Below are positions 57,101 to 64,000 of a DNA stretch of 64,000 nt, piece by piece. The first letter of the stretch is position 1, and each line of letters starts with the position of its first letter. The position numbers were made by a program, and so were the translations under genes. Source of the stretch: Psammoneis japonica (taxonomy: Eukaryota); NCBI GenBank assembly GCA_008632985.1, contig QPGO01000101.1, positions 1 through 64,000 of the forward strand, in the 5' to 3' direction. The notes under the pieces are model-generated. The model made no database searches. It saw nothing but the letters and a program-made list of their open reading frames with translations, and was not told the origin of the DNA.

Positions 57101-58514
57101 ATGGTCCAGCATTCGGCTGCTGCTCACGACTGCACTCAAAGAAGGATGGACCACTCGACAGGTGGATTACACCACAGCATTCTGTCAAGCTGACATCACC
57201 AAAAAGGTCTGCGTCCAGCCTCCGAAGGGTTTCACGCCGAAATCGGGTTTCAACATGGTGCTGAGACTCCTGAAGGGACTCTACGGACTCAAGCAGTCAC
57301 CCAAGTGTTTTTGTGAGAAGCTGCGAGATGGCTTGCTCGAACGCGGTTGGGCAGCGTCCGCCATCGACCCTTGTTTGTACTTCAAGAAGGGCATGCTGTG
57401 CGTGGTGCACGTTGATGATGCAGTGTTCGCTGGAGCGTCCGCCAAGGCTGTCGAGGAAGAGATGCGAAAGCCAGGGGTCGCCGACAGCGAGCATCGACAC
57501 GCATTTGACCTTAGAAACGAAGGAGAGGTCGGAGATTTCCTCAGAATCAAGATTGAGAAACTGTCCGATGGCCGATTTCGCCTGACTCAACCCGGACTGA
57601 TCAAGAAGGTCCTGCGTGCGGCCCAGATGGAGGATTGCCGTGGAGTTGCTGCTCCGGCTCTACCTGAAGCTGTTGGTGCCGATGCAGACGGCCCGCCCTT
57701 TGACGAACCCTACGATTGCCGTTCTGTTGTCGGAATGTTGATGCATTTGGCAGCGAACAGCCGGCCAGACATCGCACATGCCACGCACCAAGCAGCTCGG
57801 TTTTCGTTTGCTCCCCGAGCGTCCCACTCTGTTGCAGTGAAGAGGACACTCAGACACCTCAAAGCCACCTCCTCCGAAGGTCTCATCTTGAAGCCGACTT
57901 CAGACGATCGTGTTGATTGCTACGTCGATTCGGACTTCGCGGGACTTTTTGGTGTCGAAGATGGCCAAGACCCAATTTCAGTCAAGTCCAGGACTGGATG
58001 CCTTGTTTTCTGCTCTGGCTGCCCGCTTGTCTGGGTGTCCAAGCTGCAGACTCTTGCAGCCTTGTCCACTGTGGAGGCGGAGCATGTCGCCCTGTCACAG
58101 GCTGTGCGCGATCTCATCCCTCTACGTGAAGTTCTCAAGGAGCTCAACCACCACGTTTTCGGAAAATCTGACCGCCGTAACCCTGTCACGACTCACTCCA
58201 AGGCTTTCGAGCTCGCAAACCAAGGCACCGATGACTCGCCTGTTGAGCAGAGTGTCCCACCTGTGTCCGTTGTGTACGAAGACAATGCCGCGTGCCTCAA
58301 GTTCGCACGCATGCCCAAACTGTCTCCACGAACCAAACACATTGGCACCCCGCATCACTGGTTTCAGACCAAAGTCGAACAATTGGAAATCGACATCCAA
58401 CCTGTCAACACCCTCGAGCAACCAGCCGATCAATTCACCAAGGGCCTGCCTGCAGACATGTTCCATGCAGCCAGACTAGCTCCAATGGGATGGCAATTTC
58501 TCTCTGTCGGTTGA
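54054..58514 (+). pseudogene. pol (protease, integrase, reverse transcriptase, RNase H) with one in-frame TGA at 56019-56021
   Basis: VMDTGAS; HAKFGH...CEAC; VSVDH...FLTDGG...HQNGVAER; KFKAR.C..GD.Q, LYGLKQSP, VHVDD; CYVDSDFAG, ALSTVEAE, YEDNAAC, RTKHI, ADQFTKGL. Confidence 0.92.
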
Positions 58515-58521
58515 GAGGGAG
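58513..58521 (+). promoter_or_regulatory. polypurine tract
   Basis: GAGAGGGAG directly before the 3' LTR. Confidence 0.8.
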
Positions 58522-58768
58522 AGTCACGACTTGGACGTCATCTGGTCGCAGAACACGACTGCCAACCAAGACATCGAAATTATCAGCTTCGAGATTCGAA
58601 ATAATTGGCCACCGCTTGAAGCGCAAATCGGATTGCAACGAACTTTGTTCACAATCTTTAGACAACGACAGTTGACAACGTCCGTTCACCTCTTTGCCAT
58701 TGCCATTGTCGCTTCTGTCAACGAGATCTCCGTTGACTGCTTGTCAGCCTCGGAATGGCACATCGAGT
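58522..58768 (+). repeat. 3' LTR (heavily TpA-mutated)
   Basis: Aligns to 51621-51867. Confidence 0.95.
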
Positions 58769-59379
58769 TGACATGAAACTGGTTTGATGGGTTCGTCGCA
58801 ACATTGCATGGAGCGTTCCTCATCTGTGCCACAAGCAGGTTTTAGAGTCAAGAGTCAATTGTTGAAGCACGAAGAGCACGCAAGCCCAGAAAGTGCAAGG
58901 ATGCAGCAACGCAGGTGGCGGATGCAGTCAAGAACCCAAGACTCAAGGATCTGCCGGCACAGCAGTGAGCAGGCAGAAACTGCACTGAAGACGGTGCTGC
59001 GAACGGAACCACAAGCAGAGGTGAAAGCAAGAAGATGAGGAACGACAACATTCTTGACATCATCAGGGAAAACAACAAGATCAGTGAAGGGAAGAAGTGA
59101 GAGAGCAGAGGAGTGTGGGGCCTGCTCACTCCAAAACAACTGTTGACTCCAACACCTGTCAGAGTGTGCTGAATCTTTTTGTGGGAGATTTGTGATTTTA
59201 GAAATCCAAACCCTGGTGCCAAATGCAGTTGTTCCAACACAACCATTTTAGAAACACCACACTGACCATGCGAGAGAACAGCGGTGGAGACAGAGCCACA
59301 CCCAGCCTGTCTGCAATGGCAACAAAGACGGACGAGATGAGCAGCATCTCAACAAAGACATTCAAGAACAAGAGTGAGT

Positions 59380-61380
59380 TCAAGAAATGCCCACAAAACA
59401 CCAACCAAGGTCAAGGGCTGCATGGAGGAGCTGTGTGACTGCACACATGACAAGATGGGCCGCAAGCGGCAGCAAGCTGGGTGCCTGCTGCACAAAGACT
59501 GCGCAAGAAGTTGGGTGACTGCATGAAAGTTGCACCATTGAGCAGCTGGAAGAGGTGGGTGTCAATGCAGAGAAGACCTCAGCACCTCCAAAGGAAAACA
59601 AAGGAAATGTGGACAAGGTTGACCAAGAAATGTGGGCAGAGGAGATCAAAAGCTTCATCAGATTGAAACAAAAATGCCGACAAAACATGAAAAAGGAGCA
59701 CACACGCAGATTTGGAGCCAGTGCAGCAACACCATGAGATTGGTGGTGGAAGCTCACAACAATTGTGTTCAAGTTGCAATGAGGAGAAAAATGCCAGCCA
59801 CTGGTGGGTTGATCCATGTGGCTGTGCGGCATTTGTGCAACTCCCGCCAAGGCCAACAACTTGACTTGACACAAGCATGGTGCAAGAGGTTCCAGGCATC
59901 ATCAAACATTGTGATGTTCATTGGCAGGGAGGTGGCTCACCATGAGATGCTGCAGAAGAGCAGCCTTTGCAAAAAAATCCCACCAGATGGACAAGGCAAT
60001 GTTGGCACAGAAGAGAACTGCATGAGCAGAGGCCAAGGAAGAACATCTGGCCACCGCCTGTGTGTTCATTCTTGGAGCAGCAGTCCGAAGGTGATGTGGG
60101 GTGTGATCAAAACCCCAACAAGTTTCCACCCAACAGGGGATGACAGATGCCCAAGGACCGTGGTGCAAGCATGTGGCATGCTGTCAAACTGGTGCAGCTG
60201 GTCCAACATGCAGCACGCCACATCAACAGGCAATGACTGTGCAGCATCGCCAATGTCAACAGAGCCTCTTCCAAAGGTGGGGGGGGCTGATCTGCAGACC
60301 TCATCACATGCTGTCTTGCAACAACAACACTCCATTGCAAACTTTGTGGAAGTGGCAGAAAGTGGGGAACTTGATGATGCCAATGACCTTGGTTTCCAGT
60401 TTTGCACAGTGACCAAGGAAGACAATGAAAGGGGATCAGCTGACTTTCAGCTGACTTTCAGCTGACACACCAGGCACAAGCAGTCAGATGATGGTGGCAT
60501 GCACCAAAGCTGGACATTGACCAGCAACCAGCCCATGTGCAACACATTTGTGAGTGCAGGCATGCTCCAGAACATCCAGCCAAGGCAAAAGAGAAATGTC
60601 AGGTCACTTGCAACAACCATGAATTCAACACATTCATCATCCACAAGAACAGCAGCAGCACCCAGAAATTCAAAGAGCCCCCATCAGGTTCACATTTCTG
60701 TGACACCACATCACCAGAGCATCAAGCACAAGCAGCCATCACACTGGTCAATGGTGGTCAACACGGTTGCAGGAAACAAGGCCACATGCTTGGCTTGCCA
60801 TGATGTCAAGCAGGCCCAACCAGCAAGAACAATCCAGAATGAAGACCATGACACCAAATTGCAGGGGCAATCACCCTCTGACCAACCAGGAACACCCAAG
60901 GCAGACACTTCTTTGTCAGCCTTGAGTCAGGATGCCACATCAACTTCTGGAGCTGCGGAAGCCATGAATCCAGGCACTCCTGAGAGGTGTGGGGGATGAC
61001 ATTGCTGCTGCTTGTTTCAGCAATGCCAGCTGTGCTGACAGTTGTCATGTGATGCAAAGGCCCTGCACTGGGATGATCATTTTTGTGCCCCTTGCCCCAA
61101 TCTTTTTGCACTTGGCATGGCAGAACACTGTTGCATTTTCAACCTTTGAGTTGGAGGTTGTTGTGATGAAGACAATCAATGCATTTTGCTGCACACTGTG
61201 GATGGACCCACTGGTCTCTTCTGAGACAATGAAGCCACATTTGAGAACCCCAAGTCAAACAGAACCTGCACTTGAAAAAAAGTGCAACACAGCTGCACAT
61301 GTCAATGAGCTCATGCAATGCAGGTGGCTGGAACATCACAGGTTGCATGGGGAGGAGGACACAGAAATTCAGCCAATGTT
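59380..61380 (+). mobile_element. very decayed copia-like retroelement remnant
   Basis: VDQEMWAEEIKSF...AHTQIWSQCS (gag-like), LTSNQPMCNTFVSAGMLQNI (cf. LLDNQST..F.N...L.NI), VNTVAGNK...DVKQAQ.AR.IQ. Confidence 0.5.
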
Positions 61381-62249
61381 CTCACCAAGTTGGTGCCTGG
61401 GCTGACTCATCAGTTGCATCTTAAACGTGACTGGCAGCATCATTTTCAGCAATCACAAACCCATTCTCTTGAAAGACAGAAAAGCAAAGGACAAATGCAA
61501 TGGACACACAGTTTCCATGGCTGCCTCTCATGGGTTGCTGTTTTTGCAGTGTTCATTTTGCTTCTCATCACTGCAGCCAGAGAAGAAACAAGGGGCTGGC
61601 CATTTGAGCAAACAGCAGATCAACAAACCCTGTCCATGCTCTTTGAGATGGGGACAAAGAACTCTGGGAATCTAGAAGCATGAGAGTGCAACATGCAGCA
61701 GATGGGGTCATGACTTGGGGTGCATGCTCTCCAAGTTAGGATGAAGCAATTGTGGCTGGTGTTGCAACCGAAATGAAGTTGGCAGCCCAGCTGTGTTCCA
61801 GCAGCAAATGGACAGATCTTCTGCTCTTCTTGTCTCTCAACAACAATGCTGACCACAATTGGAAGAACGCCTTTGATGTCAAGCACAAGTCGCAAAGTGG
61901 AAATGTCATGCCAGTGTGGAACAAAGGCGAAGAGTTCATGTGCTGCTTCTTCACATTGGATGGTGATGCACAAAGCAAATGTTCTCAGTTCAAATTTGAT
62001 GGGAAAAAAGTGGCACCAATGATTGATGATTGTTTTTGGTGTCCAATCTAAACTCAAACAGAAGAGACTGGAGTGGCTTTTTGCAGCCTGTGAACAGAAA
62101 AACAAGTTGAGCTCTTCCAGAGTGGCGCGCCACACATTTTCCAGCTTTGAATGGAGTGGTGAATGTTCTGTTGCACCACCAAGAGAAATCTCAGTCAATG
62201 TGAAACAGCTTGCACTTTCTGGCAGGTGTGGGTGGATGTGTCAACAAAT

Positions 62250-62720
62250 TGAGTTGCCCTGGGGTTCATGATGCCTGCAAAAAAAAAAAACCATCACAGG
62301 TCCCATTGTGCACTCCAACACCCCAGCCTTCTTTTGCACCAATTCAAGAACCCTTGGTGCATCAAACAGCTCTCCCAACTCATCCACCAACAAGACAAAC
62401 CACAGGGGAAACCCCATCCAATTCACCAACAACCTTGATGCCTGCCCAGGATCCAACTTTGACACCAACAAATTTCTCCAACAGCCCAAACACTTGATCC
62501 TGTGGCAAGAGCAACATTGAGCCCAACAAGTTTGCCAACCACATTGCAAACATTGAATCCTGTGTCACCTCCCATGCTGTCTGTGACTCAGGGACCAACA
62601 CCCATCCCTTCAAACTCAACCATGCCCATGCCAAATTCAAACCCCTGCTTCATTTTAAACACCTTGTCCAACACAAAAAGAGCCTCACCTGTCCCAGCAA
62701 GGCATCTCACTCTGGCACCA
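62250..62720 (+). pseudogene. relic of a Pro/Thr-rich (PT-repeat) secreted protein
   Basis: TPTPQPSFAP..EP..PTHPPTRQ.T..PSNSPT..PT, SPTSLPT. Confidence 0.4.
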
Positions 62721-63039
62721 GCTGATGCACCAAAGAAGGCCCAAACACTGCCAGAAGTGAGTGACAATGACAAGAAAATTGAAGTGGCTTCAGAACTGGG
62801 GTCCTTGGGTGCTGGCAGGAATGCCAAAACAACAATGAATGCAAATCTTCAATGTGTCAGAGTGGTGCTTGTGTGGCATGGTCTGCTTGCTTCCCAATCA
62901 AGCACAAAACTGGCATGCTCTCTTTGACAAAGACAGAGCCAACAATCAACACTGTGTTTGATGCCTCTGCTTTTTTGACTCAAGCGGCCACCAAGCTTGG
63001 CACAATCAAGTTGACCAGACATGCAGCATGATGCAAAGC

Positions 63040-63370
63040 TGCACCATGTTCGCGGAGAAGATGGAGGTGCTCAATGTCTTTGTGGTGGATCTGTTTGAGT
63101 TGGACTTGTCATTTTGTGATTTTGGATGCCATGGAATTGATCGACTTTTGTGCTGTGACACAAAACGCACCCACGATTTAGGCTGCAAATGCTTCCCTGT
63201 TGGAACCTGTCTTCAAATCGTCCTCGTCATTCACAACTCAAGGCGGTGTGGTTGCGCAGGTCATGCCAATGAAAATGTTGCCACTGCAACAATGCATCCT
63301 GCCTCCTCTCTGGTGTTGGCACATGAGCTTTGTCATTCACTCTCTGAACCAGGCAATGAGTGCCATTGTG
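63040..63370 (+). pseudogene. relic metallopeptidase fragment (M64/IgA-peptidase-like)
   Basis: LNVFVVD...FGCHGIDRLL...IVLVIHNSRRCGCAG...VATA....LVLAHELCHSLSEPGNEC, cf. N...YGGAG...HE.GHS...LADEY. Confidence 0.5.
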
Positions 63371-64000
63371 GGCGTGGCAATGACTCGGCCTCACGGGGAA
63401 GGCAAACAAGCCAAAAGGTTATGACAGAGTGAAATGCATCCCTGGTTGCACAAACAAGGCCTTTTTTGGTAAAGGCGATCCAAGCGGACTGCCCAACCGC
63501 TAAAGTGTGAAAGCTGTTTCTATTTAAAATGATTTGAGGGTCTTGTCACTAGCTTGTCAATTTTGTTTTGGCCAAAAGTTATCATCCAGCATGTGTCGAA
63601 TTGCACTGCTCTCCTAACACCCCGTAGAGTCTTTGGGACTACCCTTGGGTCTAAAGTCAACGACGCTCGTGTGTTGGCCCCGCAAGATTTGAGATTGCCG
63701 AGAGATAGACAAAAATCATGGCGGGCAATTCAAATCCCGCGTCTTGGAGGGAATCCTTGCCACGCACCACGGCGAGTTGAAAGCCACCGTTTGTCGCGGC
63801 AAATGAAATGATCCAAGCCAGAGCTTCTCCGTCTGACGACGCTTGGCAAAAGGAAAGATAACACTAGTTGGAGAGATTTGATAAGGTTAGGAAAAAATAC
63901 AGCCCGCGTAACTCAAACGATTTCTCAAAACTGTTGCACGACGAAAGTGTTTGGAGCAGCAGAGCACGCGAAGAAGGCGTCTTGCCGAGGGAAATGCGTT

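Larger units (their letters stand above)
51621..58768 (+). mobile_element. full-length Ty1/copia LTR retrotransposon (7148 bp) with 5-bp TSD TGACA, TpA-mutated
   Basis: 247-bp LTRs, TSD at 51616-51620 and 58769-58773, PBS, PPT and the domain order gag-PR-IN-RT-RH. Confidence 0.95.
58780..63420. other. TpA- and CpG-depleted block
   Basis: TA returns at ~63420-63560. Confidence 0.9.

Noticed and set aside
51988..58514. Alternative genetic code or TGA read-through to explain in-frame TGA and missing Tyr
   Set aside because: Neighbouring intact genes use the standard code with normal Tyr. The TGAs fit CGA->TGA decay, and non-coding LTRs show the same TA changes.
51621..58768. ADAR-type RNA editing or RT error as the cause of A->G changes
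   Set aside because: Both A->G and T->C occur on the same strand, the two LTRs differ from each other, and non-retroelement DNA (promoter duplicate, tandem repeat) is affected.

Overview
Eukaryotic nuclear DNA, most likely a diatom: two tandem intron-containing Lhcf/FCP genes, diatom-type Ty1/copia elements and RXL/KSSK secreted proteins. The window is a mosaic of two sequence states. Short islands of normal composition carry intact genes: a KDZ/Zisupton-like transposase with an inserted 3'-5' exonuclease (missed by the ORF track), a silaffin-like peptide, a 2OG-Fe(II) oxygenase, a GT61-like glycosyltransferase, a BBE-like FAD oxidase, two Lhcf genes and a beta-helix protein. Roughly 40 kb lies in sharply bounded blocks where TpA is almost eliminated and replaced by TpG/CpA. 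Internal comparisons (the two LTRs of one copia element, an 83-bp tandem duplication, a duplicated gene 5' end, conserved Tyr motifs in pseudogenes) show directional TpA->TpG/CpA change (T:A->C:G on either strand), with CpG loss added in the older blocks. This resembles a mirror-image, domain-restricted analogue of fungal RIP acting on transposons and relic gene copies, and is the main candidate for an undescribed system. The main alternative to exclude is systematic miscalling of a modified base. Most short Cys/His-rich ORFs in the track are by-products of stop-codon loss. All alignments and counts are by eye and no database searches were run.
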